From: Alphaproteobacteria bacterium
GTDB lineage: Bacteria > Pseudomonadota > Alphaproteobacteria > UBA2966
Direction of reading: 5' to 3'
Length of the DNA stretch: 64,000 bases
Assembly (NCBI GenBank): GCA_964291395.2
Contig: OZ219858.1
Span: forward strand, 1,088,001 to 1,152,000
Shown: positions 29,761 to 39,593 of the stretch, one piece after another
How the letters are laid out: every line of letters begins with the position of its first letter
How positions within the stretch are numbered: position 1 is the stretch's first letter
Translations under genes and position numbers: made by a program
Notes under the pieces: model-generated
Told to the model about the DNA's origin: nothing
The model's input: the letters and a program-made list of their open reading frames with translations, nothing else
The model's database searches: none

Positions 29761-30759
29761 CTAGGTCGCCAGGCCTGCCGCGCGCGCGTCTCGGCGCAAC
29801 CGGGCCATGAAACGATCGATGCCGGACCGCGTGAACATGGTCGCCCCCAGCCGATCTACAAGTCGGGCGCGAAGGGCGAGCCACCAGACGGCCTTGGCGA
29901 CGACCAAAATCGGGATGGCTTCGTGTTCCGCCTTTTCGAGCGGCCGGACGGATTCGTATCCTTCGAAGAAGGCGCCGTTGAAGGCAGGATCGAGTCCGAG
30001 GTGTTCGGAACCCCAGAGATAGCTTGCGATGTCGTAGGCGACGGGTCCCGCGCCGCAGAAATCGAAATCCAGCACGGTGATTCGGTCTTGATCATCGATC
30101 AGGGCGTTGGCGGCGTGCACGTCGCCGTGCACGGCCGACCAAACGAGCTTGTCCGCTCCGAGCGTGCGCAGGCCCTGTTCGAGCGTCGTGGCGAGGCGCA
30201 GGACGAGCCGCGCGTCCGCCGGATGATCTTCCAGGAACGGCGCGATGCGCTCCGCCCGGGCCGCCAAGCCGTCGAAGGCCGGAAGGATGGATGCGTTGTC
30301 GCGCGTGAAGTCGAACGATGCCTCATGCATTCGTGCGATCACGCCGCCAAACTTTTGGATGAGGCCCGCGTCGGCGCATTTGATCAGTTCCGTCTCGCCC
30401 GCCCATTCGTAGAGCACGACGGTTCGCGAACCATCCACCGCAGGTAGTGTGAAGAAGTGTTCGTTGCTAGTGGTCGCGATCGGGGTAGCAACGGCAACGC
30501 CGCTGTCTCTGAGATGCCGCTGAAAGGCGGTTTCGAACGTGGTGTGGCGCTCGCTACGCCAATCGCCAAGCGAGACCCGCGCCGCGAAGCGGCCGCGGTC
30601 GGCAACGACGACATAGAAATGATTGATTGCCACGCGAAGGAGGAAACATCGCCGAACCGCCCCGAGATCGTACCGCTGGCCGATTTCATTCGCGAGCGCG
30701 CTCGCGGCCAAAACGGACATCGTTACGGGAAGGAGATCGTCGGCGGGGCCCGTCTCCAT
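29761..30759 (-). CDS. APH/homoserine kinase type II-like phosphotransferase
   Basis: ARMHEAS, HGDVHAANAL, VLDFDFCG, AYDIA, FFEGYESVRPL. Confidence 0.85.
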   Translation of the reverse strand: METGPADDLLPVTMSVLAASALANEIGQRYDLGAVRRCFLLRVAINHFYVVVADRGRFAARVSLGDWRSERHTTFETAFQRHLRDSGVAVATPIATTSNEHFFTLPAVDGSRTVVLYEWAGETELIKCADAGLIQKFGGVIARMHEASFDFTRDNASILPAFDGLAARAERIAPFLEDHPADARLVLRLATTLEQGLRTLGADKLVWSAVHGDVHAANALIDDQDRITVLDFDFCGAGPVAYDIASYLWGSEHLGLDPAFNGAFFEGYESVRPLEKAEHEAIPILVVAKAVWWLALRARLVDRLGATMFTRSGIDRFMARLRRDARAAGLAT

Positions 30760-30794
30760 GGCGTCAATGTGGCCGCCTGCAACGCCGGCCGCGG

Positions 30795-31610
30795 CTAGGC
30801 CGGCACACGTTCCTCGAGGACGAGTTGTTCCGGATAGGGCTTGGTCCAGGCGATCGTGCTCCATCGCCCCCCGAGCGGCCGCGCATCTTCGAGGAATCCA
30901 AGCTCCGGTGCCGCGAACCGAACCTCGGCCGACCCGGACCACGTGTGGTCCAAGGCCACGTCGTACATCGGGGTGCGAAACAGACGGCGGCGCACCATCG
31001 CCGGTTCGACCGGGTCGGGCAATGCGGTTTGAGTGTAGTGCTGATTGGCGGCCGACTGGGTGGGGAACATCGTCAGGCCGTCCATCTCCGTAGGCAGGTC
31101 GCCCGCGCGTTCGAGATGAATCGCGAACTCGAACACGGCGCGGCATCCTCGACTGACGACGCCGGTCACCGTGTCGCCCGCGCGCCACCCGCGGAACGGC
31201 TGCCGCGTCAGGCACATATCCCCGATCTGCTGCGGCCACCCGTAGAATTCCCGACCCACCGCGAACTCGGCATCGGTCGTGCACCACAGATAAGGACACC
31301 ATTGGCCGACGATGCCGTCGTGCTCGACCAAGAAGCCGATCACGGCCTCTCCGAAATGGGAGAGGTCGGGGTTTCTTTGCACGAACGCATCGCCCAACCC
31401 ATAGTCGCATGCGACGTCATGCACACTGAGCCGAGCGACGGGATCGCCGTGCAGTTTGAGAGGCGGCGGGACGAGCTGTTCCGCACGCCGCGCGTCGTAG
31501 GCGAGAAAGACGGACGCGGTGACGCCCTCGAAGCGCCACGGCGGGGGGCCGTAGAGCGCGAGACTTCCGGTCGCATCCTGGGGAAGGGAGAAGCCGCGCC
31601 AGTCCGTCAT
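30795..31610 (-). CDS. Acetoacetate-decarboxylase-like superfamily protein (copy A)
   Basis: ALYGPPPW.FEG, LVPPPL, LWCTTD.E.AVGREFYGWPQ, WSGSAEV. Confidence 0.8.
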   Translation of the reverse strand: MTDWRGFSLPQDATGSLALYGPPPWRFEGVTASVFLAYDARRAEQLVPPPLKLHGDPVARLSVHDVACDYGLGDAFVQRNPDLSHFGEAVIGFLVEHDGIVGQWCPYLWCTTDAEFAVGREFYGWPQQIGDMCLTRQPFRGWRAGDTVTGVVSRGCRAVFEFAIHLERAGDLPTEMDGLTMFPTQSAANQHYTQTALPDPVEPAMVRRRLFRTPMYDVALDHTWSGSAEVRFAAPELGFLEDARPLGGRWSTIAWTKPYPEQLVLEERVPA

Positions 31611-31620
31611 CGTGCCCGCC

Positions 31621-32448
31621 TTACTCCGACTCTGCAACAGTACTGACCACGCGCGCCGCGTAGGGCTTGGTCCAGGACTGGCGGTGCCAGCGGCCTTCCA
31701 CCACCTCGGCGCCACGGAGAAAGGCCAGTTCCGGCGACGAGACGTCGAGTTCGGCCGGCCCGTGCCATACCGGGCCGCTTTTCACGTTTTCGATGTCTGT
31801 GGCGACCATGCGGCGCTCAACCATGCCGGGGTGCATGGGGTCGGCAAGGGCGGTTTGGGTGAAGATCGGCAGGCGCCCGATGTGGCTGGTCATGGTCGCC
31901 GGATCCGAACTCGCCGGACCGTCGCCGACGGTGCCGCGGAGCGAAACGGTGAAAGCGAAGACGGCACGGTCGCCTCGCCGCACCAGCGCGGTTGCGACGT
32001 CACCGTCGCGCCAGCCGCGCCGCGGCTCCCGCGTCAGGCTGACCGAACCGCGGCGCTGGGCCCAGCCGTACATTTCGCGACCCACCGCCATCTCGGCGTC
32101 GGAACTGCACCACAGCAGCGCCGGCCAGTAGCCCGGTTCGCCATCGAGCGTCACCGCGATGCCGACCACCGCCTCGGTTTGCTGCGCGAGGTCGGGGTGC
32201 GTTTGCGCGAACGATTCGCCGTGCCCGCAATCGCACACGAAATCGAGCACCGTGAGGCGCACCACCGGATCCTCGGCGACCTCCAGCGGCGGTGGCACGA
32301 GCCCGCGCAAGTCCAGGCGCAGGCTCACGCTGGCCGCATAGCCTTCGAACTTCCAGGGCGGCGGGCCGTAGAGCGCGAACCGTCCGTCGGCCCCCAAGGG
32401 CGCCGAAAACCCGCGCCATGCACCGCCGGACTTGCTTTCCAAGTTCAT
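31621..32448 (-). CDS. Acetoacetate-decarboxylase-like superfamily protein (copy B)
   Basis: ALYGPPPWKFEG, LVPPPL, AVGREMYGWAQ, WHGPAEL; tandem paralogue of copy A. Confidence 0.8.
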   Translation of the reverse strand: MNLESKSGGAWRGFSAPLGADGRFALYGPPPWKFEGYAASVSLRLDLRGLVPPPLEVAEDPVVRLTVLDFVCDCGHGESFAQTHPDLAQQTEAVVGIAVTLDGEPGYWPALLWCSSDAEMAVGREMYGWAQRRGSVSLTREPRRGWRDGDVATALVRRGDRAVFAFTVSLRGTVGDGPASSDPATMTSHIGRLPIFTQTALADPMHPGMVERRMVATDIENVKSGPVWHGPAELDVSSPELAFLRGAEVVEGRWHRQSWTKPYAARVVSTVAESE

Positions 32449-32506
32449 AAATGGCCCGGATTAGGGTCGAGGGTAAGGACAACTCATCGCACGGCGCGAC
32501 GAGCCA

Positions 32507-32528
32507 CTATGGAATGATCGTACCATAG
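32507..32528. promoter_or_regulatory. Candidate operator in divergent intergenic region
   Basis: Near-palindrome CTATGGAATGATCGTACCATAG. Confidence 0.45.
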
Positions 32529-32576
32529 CCGCTAGATTGCAATGGTTGGTGTTCGACTCGCCTTAGGGAGGACACA

Positions 32577-33623
32577 ATGTCGAAAAAGCAGAGTGACTGG
32601 ACCCGGCGTCAGACGCTTAAAACAGCAGGCGCCGCCGTCGGTGGTAGCTTGGTCGGTATTACCGGTTTTCCAGCACTTACCCGTTCAGCGCAGCAGAAGA
32701 GGTTCCTCAAACCGATCGTTGCCGGGCTGAACGCACCGGCCGGGGATCCGTCCTATATCTCAATCTCCGAGATCCCACGCATTTTGCGGGAGAAGTACGA
32801 CGTACAGCTGGAGATTCAGGCGCACCCGAGTTCGACCCTGGGGTCCGATGTTTCGCACCTCGAAGCCGTTCAGAACGGTTTCATCGATATCACGAGCCAC
32901 GGGCAGAGCCAGTGGGGTACGTTGACCGACGCGTGGTTGTTTACCGACCTGCCCTATGTGTTCACCGACTGGGACATGGCCGCGCGATTCGTCAAGTCAG
33001 ACCTGCATTGGCAGCAGGCCAAGCGCATGGAGGAGCAGCTTCCGATCAAGGTGCTGCCACCGACGGCCGCGAGCGGCTTCCGTATGCTGTCCAACAGCAC
33101 CAAACAGCTCCGTGTTCCAACAGACAACACCGGGCTCAAGTACCGGACTACGGGATCGCCGATCGAGATCGAGCTCATCAAGGCGTGGAAGGGCAATCCC
33201 ACGCCGATGGCATGGACCGAGACCTACACCGCGTTGCAAACGGGCGTCGTCAACGGCATCCACGTGCAACCGTTGTGGACCTTCAAGTTCCGCATGCACG
33301 AGGTCCTGAAGCACGCCACGGAGGTCAAGGCCGGTTTTTCGATCCAGGTCCAGGTGATGAACCGCCATACGTTCAACGCCATGCCCGAGAGCATCCAAAA
33401 GCCGTTCATGATGGCGGCGCAGGAAGCGGCGACGCTCGGTTGGGAGTTGGATCGCAGCCTGGAGGAAAAGTCGAAGACCGACCTCAAGGCCGAAGGCATG
33501 GAGATCTATACGCCGACACGCCGCGAGGCGGCGATGTGGCGCGAAGAAGGTGAATCCGTGTGGAGTAAGTTCGACATCGACCAATCGCTGTTGAACGCCA
33601 TGCGCGACCTAAGAACCGCCTAG
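32577..33623 (+). CDS. dctP: Tat-exported TRAP substrate-binding protein
   Basis: TRRQTLK twin-arginine signal, HPSSTLG, DLPYVF, GLKYRT, PMAWTETYTALQTG. Confidence 0.85.
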   Translation: MSKKQSDWTRRQTLKTAGAAVGGSLVGITGFPALTRSAQQKRFLKPIVAGLNAPAGDPSYISISEIPRILREKYDVQLEIQAHPSSTLGSDVSHLEAVQNGFIDITSHGQSQWGTLTDAWLFTDLPYVFTDWDMAARFVKSDLHWQQAKRMEEQLPIKVLPPTAASGFRMLSNSTKQLRVPTDNTGLKYRTTGSPIEIELIKAWKGNPTPMAWTETYTALQTGVVNGIHVQPLWTFKFRMHEVLKHATEVKAGFSIQVQVMNRHTFNAMPESIQKPFMMAAQEAATLGWELDRSLEEKSKTDLKAEGMEIYTPTRREAAMWREEGESVWSKFDIDQSLLNAMRDLRTA

Positions 33624-33682
33624 TCCTCAAGTACGGAGGAGTCCGTCGCGCGGTAGTGCGCGGCGGACCCGTCGGTTTCGCA

Positions 33683-34561
33683 ATGCAAGAGATGTTTCGC
33701 GGCCTTGTCGCCATCGACGAAGGTCAGATCCACTTCCGGGCTGCGGTCCCGGATGCGCCGCAGGGACCGCCGCTGCTCATGTTTCATGCCTCGCCATGGT
33801 CGTCGTTGTCGCTCGCGCGGCTTGCCGGGATCATCGGACAGTCTCGTGTGGTGATCGCGTTGGATACCCTGGGACAGGGCGATTCGTGTCCGCCGCGCGG
33901 CGGCGAGGTCGACATGACCTACGTGGCCGACGCCATGTACCGGGCGTATCGGGCGTCCGAGTACGCGGAAGCCCGCTTCGATCTGTTCGGCACCCATACC
34001 GGCGCCCGCATCGGGCTGGAGATCGCGCTGGCGCATCCCGACGCTGCGCGGCGTTTGATCCTCGACGGCATGGGCCTGGGGGGCGGGTACTACGACGAAT
34101 ACGCGCGCACCGTTGATCTCAGCGCCCATATCGACCAGGACGGCACGCAGTTCCTCAAAGCCTGGCAGAAACTGCGGGACGGACACATTTTCTGGCCGCC
34201 TTATCGACGCGACGCCGAACACCTGCGGCAGAAGGACCTGCCCTCGGCCGAGGCGCTGCATGAGGAAGCGATGCAGGTTTTCAAGAGCATCGAGGCGGGT
34301 CACTTGGCCTACCTCGCGGCGCTCAAATACCCGGCCCAGGAACGCCTTCCACAACTGAAGGTGCCGACGCTCGTCAGTTGTGCCCGCCGCGACAGCCCCT
34401 ACCGCTTCCTCGACGACGTTGTGGCGCTGGTGCCCAACGCGACCCGCGCTGAACACCCGGCCGACAGCGCCATCGGCGAGGCCACCGACGACGAACTCGC
34501 TCAATTGAGCGCCATGTTCACGTCATGGCTCGACCAAGAGGCCACCCAGAAGACGGCCTAG
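33683..34561 (+). CDS. Alpha/beta-hydrolase-fold protein (GTHTG elbow)
   Basis: GQIHFR, LLMFHASP, ALDTLGQGDS, LFGTHTGA, VPTLV. Confidence 0.82.
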   Translation: MQEMFRGLVAIDEGQIHFRAAVPDAPQGPPLLMFHASPWSSLSLARLAGIIGQSRVVIALDTLGQGDSCPPRGGEVDMTYVADAMYRAYRASEYAEARFDLFGTHTGARIGLEIALAHPDAARRLILDGMGLGGGYYDEYARTVDLSAHIDQDGTQFLKAWQKLRDGHIFWPPYRRDAEHLRQKDLPSAEALHEEAMQVFKSIEAGHLAYLAALKYPAQERLPQLKVPTLVSCARRDSPYRFLDDVVALVPNATRAEHPADSAIGEATDDELAQLSAMFTSWLDQEATQKTA

Positions 34562-34591
34562 AACGGCTCGCGGCTACGGGAGGACGGGCAC

Positions 34592-34873
34592 CTAGCCCAC
34601 GCGCCCGAGGGCATCCACCATTTGGTCGTAGTTGAGGGCGGGCATCGACTCGATCGTGCCGAGCCCCTCTTTGTGGTACCAGACCGAGAACGCGAGCATT
34701 GCCTCGGGGTCGGGTACATCGACGATGTCGACGAAGTCGAAGGGCCCTTGGACGTAGGTTCCCAAGACATGCTTGATCCCGAGCTTTTCGAGCATGGCCC
34801 GGCTTCGATCGCGACGCTCGATGGGACGGTCCATCCAGGACGGGTCGTGTTTGCCGATGAACACATAACGCAT
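34592..34873 (-). CDS. GYD-domain small protein
   Basis: 93 aa; LEKLGIK....YVQGPFDFVDIVDVPD, G.IESMPA. Confidence 0.75.
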   Translation of the reverse strand: MRYVFIGKHDPSWMDRPIERRDRSRAMLEKLGIKHVLGTYVQGPFDFVDIVDVPDPEAMLAFSVWYHKEGLGTIESMPALNYDQMVDALGRVG

Positions 34874-35042
34874 GGGGCACCTCGCTCGTTGGTTGGGGCC
34901 GGCAGTTGATCTGACGGGCGTCAGTGTGACGGCAGCGCCAGTCGATGGCAAAGTCCGCAGCGAACACGACCACGGCGACATCTCTTAATTTCGTTTGTAT
35001 CGACGACGCAATCTTTCCAGTAACTGGAGAGTAAACGAGCCG

Positions 35043-35180
35043 ATGATCAATATTTCGGCGGCGGACCGGATGGACTCGGGATACAGGACATACGACGACA
35101 GCGCGGCACGGAAACTGATGTTCGTGCGCCGGGCGGGAGAGTTCGGGTTCTCGATCGACGAATGCCGTGAGCTGCTGAGC
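35043..35180 (+). pseudogene. MerR/CueR-family regulator fragment
   Basis: RMDSGYRTYD....KLMFVRRAGEFGFSIDECRELL; N-terminal HTH start and C-terminal domain are missing. Confidence 0.75.
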
Positions 35181-36496
35181 CATCCGATCCTGGCCGTTGT
35201 CCGTTGTATGGACGCCTCCCGGATCGCAAGGACCGATTTCGGTGTGACGGTCAGGCAGATTGCAGAATCGCGAGCGGCCGGTCGGGGACATTCTTGAACA
35301 CGCCCTTGGTAATCGCGGGCGGGGAGTTGCCGGACAGGATTTAAAGCTTTCCGGCGGGATCCGTTCGCAGATAGGTTTCCGTGCTCTGGATGCTGGCATG
35401 ACCCAGCCAAGGGGAAACCTAGCGTACGTATCCGGTGGCTTCCAGGTAGCGGCAAGCGCAGCTATGCCTCAATATGTGAGAAAAGATCTGCTTGTCGGCA
35501 ATGGACGGTGCTGTCGTCGTTGCGCTTTGGACGTGGAGCGCTAGGCGACGCGCGAATCCGTGCCGGCTCGTGGCGGTTCCCCTGGCGTTCAGGAACACGT
35601 GATGATCCGCAACCTCGGGACGGACATAAGATCGAGGGACGTCGCCCAGCCATTATCGCGATTCCGGAGGCAGTCGACGTAACTACCCCGCTCGCGGACG
35701 ACGATCCTGCTGTCGTCATGACGCCACTTGCCGAACCTGATCGTCGTCGAGCAACCCCGTCGATGTTCTCCCAACTGCGAGCGCGGACAGAGCCCACGTG
35801 TACAGCTATCTCGGCGGCACCGAGACCGGCAAATCCTACGAGTTCACCATGCCGAAAAACCTGGCCTTGCACACGGCGGGCACTATTCAAAAGCTGGCGA
35901 ATCCGGCAGGTGCCCGGAGCACGGCCAAGCGCGCCGGGCGAACGTGATCTTGTAGGAAGGCGTGCACGGACACCTGGACCTGCCCAACGTCCACCTTGAC
36001 CAAGAGGTCGAGCAGGTGCCGGGTGTCGATCCCGCCCATCACGTCCCATCACACCATCTGGGGACTCTGACTCCAAGGATTCTGCTTCTCTACACCTCCA
36101 GAGGCTCATCGGTTATGACTTCGGCGGCCCATTCCTGGGTTTCGTCAACGGAGACGACCCCAAGTCGGTACTGGACTACGGAAGGCCGGGAACTCGGGGT
36201 CGCGGCCGGCGGCCGGGAGACCGAAGCGGCTTCGGCGGCGCAAGGCGCAGAGACAGCTTCGGTGGGAGAGCGGAAACCCCCATGAACACAATGGTTTACG
36301 CAGGTTTCCCGGGGCCGGGGAGCCGGTCTCTACGCCCCCCGAATTGTGCACGATAGCTGTTGTTATCGGGCGTAGTTTTTCAACATCCGCTCCGAAGTAT
36401 TGACACGGATCGGCGCGCGCGGGTGAAGTCGGGCGCGAACGGCGTATCGCCCGGTGAATGTCGGGTGTCGCCCGCGTCGGATTTTGGGAGGAACAC

Positions 36497-36946
36497 ATGG
36501 CGAAGGCAGCGCAGAAGACATCGAAGCCGGCGGAAAAGGCCGCGAAACAGCACGGGAAGCGGACCGGCTCCCGGCGCATCCCCGGCCATCCCTATCCCGA
36601 GCCCGAGGCCAAGCGCGTTCGTACCGCCAAAGGCCACCGTCCCTACTTCTTCGACGATCCCAACACCGACAAGCTGCTGGCCATGATCATGGCCCTGGCG
36701 GGGGAGGTGTCCGTCATCCGCGAGCGCATGGACACGCACGAGCGTCTCGCGCAGGAGAAGAAGTGGGCGACGCACGAGGCGATCGAAGATTACGAGCCCG
36801 ACGAGGTCACCGAGGCCTACCGCGCCCAATGGCGCGCCGACTACATCGGGCGCATCCTTCGCATCGTTCAGGTCGAGCTCGACCACATCGCAAGCGGGGA
36901 GACCCACGAGGACTACGACAAGATCGTCGAGGAAGTCTCGAAGTAG
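36497..36946 (+). CDS. Hypothetical protein (149 aa)
   Basis: RBS GGGAGGA, strong codon bias, KG.RPYFFDDP..DKLLAM.MALAGEVSV.RERMDT.ERL motif. Confidence 0.8.
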   Translation: MAKAAQKTSKPAEKAAKQHGKRTGSRRIPGHPYPEPEAKRVRTAKGHRPYFFDDPNTDKLLAMIMALAGEVSVIRERMDTHERLAQEKKWATHEAIEDYEPDEVTEAYRAQWRADYIGRILRIVQVELDHIASGETHEDYDKIVEEVSK

Positions 36947-37006
36947 TTCCGCGTCATGAAGGTTGTAGAAGGAGCGGCTACCCCGCAGTCTCGGTCAGCG
37001 GGAGGC

Positions 37007-38191
37007 CTACAGCTTCCGGCCGCCGAAGATCGTCGAGCCAATGATCTCGCCGCCCGCATCCTGCACCGGCTCGTAGACGACGCTGCCGTCGGCCTGTGAC
37101 ACCGGCCACGCCTCGCTTATGGTCTCCCTCGCGAAGCCGGCGTCCGCCAACAGTTCGCGGGCGTCGGTATGATGCAGCGTGCCCCAGAAGGGCTCGGCGT
37201 TGTAGTGCGTGTCCCAGTCCCAGTAGTAGGCCTGGTAGTCGTCGAGGCCCCGGGCGAACTGGGTATCGAGGTGCATCGTCACGCCGCCCTTGCGCAGCAC
37301 GCGGTAGCACTCCTCAAGAATGCGTGGCGCCGCCTTGGCCGAGGTTTCGTGGAACAGGCCGTGCGAGACCACGAGGTCGAAGGACTCGTCGTCGAAGGAG
37401 AGGGTTTCGGCGTTTTCCTGACGGAAGTGCACGGCGACGCCGAGATATTCCGCGCGGGCATGGGCATAGCGCAGTGACGGCGCCGCGACATCGATGCCGT
37501 AGACTTCGGCGTCGGGGAAACGCTCGGCGTACGGGACCGTGCTGCCCCCGATGGTACAGCCGAGATCGACGATTCGGCGCGGCTCAAGGTCCGGAAATCG
37601 CTGCTTTATATAGTTGATGAGGGTATAGCCCGGAATCGCGCGTTGCAGGCGTTCGCGGTTGTCCCGGTAATCGAGGGCGGCCGAGCCGCGGATCGGCAGG
37701 CCATAGTAATAGGCACCGCGGTCGAACACCGCGCCGGCGTAGACGTCGTCCTCGGCGATGTCGGTGTGGTAGCCGCCCGGCATGCAGTGGATATCGATCG
37801 AGGCGTTGTAGCTCGGGACCTCCAGGTTCGGGTCCAGCGTCAGGCTGCCCTTCGGCTTACCGATACGGCTCTTCTCGATGAGTTCCGGCAGCTGGTGCAG
37901 CACGATCTCGCCGACGGTATCCCAGTTCATTTCCTGGATGGTGCGGGCAATCGAGCTCCAGGTCTGGACGAAAGGATCCTCTTCCATGGCATGGCGCCAT
38001 TCCACCCGCCCCTTGGGATCGCGGCCATGCCGCGCCCGGAACCTGGGCGCGACGCGGGTACGTCCGACGACCGAGTCGGCGGGGTAGACGTGGTCCTCCA
38101 TGTGCATCTTGAGGCTGGCGATAAAGTTCTGGCGGGCCAGCTCGTCGCTGGTCGGCAGCGGCATCATCGGGTGCGCATAGGGCTGCTTCAT
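37007..38191 (-). CDS. Class I SAM-dependent methyltransferase with long N-terminal extension
   Basis: IVDLGCTIG, GIDVAAPSLRYA, FDDESFDLV, LFHET, IDIHCMPGGY, NAEPFW. Confidence 0.9.
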   Translation of the reverse strand: MKQPYAHPMMPLPTSDELARQNFIASLKMHMEDHVYPADSVVGRTRVAPRFRARHGRDPKGRVEWRHAMEEDPFVQTWSSIARTIQEMNWDTVGEIVLHQLPELIEKSRIGKPKGSLTLDPNLEVPSYNASIDIHCMPGGYHTDIAEDDVYAGAVFDRGAYYYGLPIRGSAALDYRDNRERLQRAIPGYTLINYIKQRFPDLEPRRIVDLGCTIGGSTVPYAERFPDAEVYGIDVAAPSLRYAHARAEYLGVAVHFRQENAETLSFDDESFDLVVSHGLFHETSAKAAPRILEECYRVLRKGGVTMHLDTQFARGLDDYQAYYWDWDTHYNAEPFWGTLHHTDARELLADAGFARETISEAWPVSQADGSVVYEPVQDAGGEIIGSTIFGGRKL

Positions 38192-38255
38192 GGTCGAACT
38201 CCTCGAATCGCCGGGTTAGTGTACACGAATAGCACTATGAAACGGCAAGTGGTCT

Positions 38256-38458
38256 GCCGGTTGCCCGAGCTCGGCTTCGTGGATCGACGCGAGAACGTGA
38301 TCCTGCTCGGCCCGCCCGCTGTGGGTAACTGGCTTGTCGCCGCCAGACTCGTGGGCGGTCGCGTCGCCAAGCCAATTACCCACAGCTCCGCCGAGTCCAA
38401 CACCCGCTTGGGGGTACGCCCCACACCCAAAGTGTTCAGTTTTCGTTTGCCATCGACA
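38256..38458 (+). mobile_element. IS21-family remnant (istB fragment + right end)
   Basis: ELGFVDRRENVILLGPPAVG (IstB Walker-A region), internal inverted repeat GGGTAACTGGCTTG/CAAGCCAATTACCC, end-like GTGTTCAGTTTTCGTTTGCCATCGACA. Confidence 0.65.
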
Positions 38459-38602
38459 CGTTGGCCGATCGCCCGCTAGCTGGTGCCTCCGACGATGCGG
38501 GCCTCGGCAGAATGCAAGCCAATGAGCTTCGTGCCGTCTACGCATTTCTTCCTGTTGCGCTGGGTGACTAATGATTTCTCCGTGTTCTGTGCTCGCCGAC
38601 CG

Positions 38603-39589
38603 CTATTGCTGCAGCGGCAGCGTGTTCGATCCATCATCGATGCGGATGCAGGCGGCGGAGTGATCCTCACCATTCAGCGCCCGCGCCTCCGGCATGGCCT
38701 GCCTACACGCTGCAATCGGGATTGGGCAGCGCGGCTCAAAGGGACACCCCGGCGGAAGATTGATCGGTCCCGGCACCTCACCTTCGAGGAGATGTCTCTG
38801 CGGCGGCTGTGCGGGGTCGGCCGGCAGGTGAGCCGACAGAAGCGACTGTGTGTAGGGATGCGCTGGCCGCTCGAAGACCTCCTTTGCAGGCCCCGACTCG
38901 ACGATCGAGCCGAGGTAGAGGACGAGGATCCGGTCGCTGACAAAGCTCAGCGTCTCCAGATCATGCGAGATGAACAGCATCGCCGCACCGGTCGCCTCCT
39001 GCAGTTCCCGGAGTAACTCCAAAATGCTTATCCGCACAGAAAGATCGAGCGAGCTGGTGGGCTCGTCGAGAACGATGAGCTCAGGATTCGACGCGATCGC
39101 CCGCGCAATACACACGCGTTGAAGCTGGCCACCCGACAGTTCGTTGGGAAAGCGGGTCAGGAGGGCGGCGTTTAACCGCACTCGTTCGGCCAGTTCGAGC
39201 GTGCGGTCGCGTCTTGCCTCCCTGTCGAGATCCGTGTGCAACATCAGCATTTCGCTGATCAGCCTGCCAACCCGCATTCTCGGATTGAGCGCCCGGTAAG
39301 GGTCCTGAAAAATGATCTGAATCTTCCCTCGCAAGGATCGGCATTGGCTTTCCGGCAGATGCGTGATGTCACGGCCGCGAAACAGGATCGTCCCGCCCGT
39401 GGGCTCGAGCAAACGGATCACGCAGCGGCCAATCGTTGTCTTGCCGGACCCGCTTTCACCGACCAGTCCAAGTGTTTCACCCGGATACAGGGAGAACGTC
39501 ACATCGTTGACGGCGTGCACCTTTTCGCCACGCGTCTGACCCGTGAAGTGTTTGACGAGGCCTCCGACCGATACAACAGGTTCCGGCAT
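38603..39589 (-). CDS. Opp/Dpp ABC ATP-binding protein (DppF type)
   Basis: GESGSGKTT, LSGGQLQR, HPYTQSL, GCPFEPRC. Confidence 0.92.
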   Translation of the reverse strand: MPEPVVSVGGLVKHFTGQTRGEKVHAVNDVTFSLYPGETLGLVGESGSGKTTIGRCVIRLLEPTGGTILFRGRDITHLPESQCRSLRGKIQIIFQDPYRALNPRMRVGRLISEMLMLHTDLDREARRDRTLELAERVRLNAALLTRFPNELSGGQLQRVCIARAIASNPELIVLDEPTSSLDLSVRISILELLRELQEATGAAMLFISHDLETLSFVSDRILVLYLGSIVESGPAKEVFERPAHPYTQSLLSAHLPADPAQPPQRHLLEGEVPGPINLPPGCPFEPRCPIPIAACRQAMPEARALNGEDHSAACIRIDDGSNTLPLQQ

Positions 39590-39593
39590 CGCT

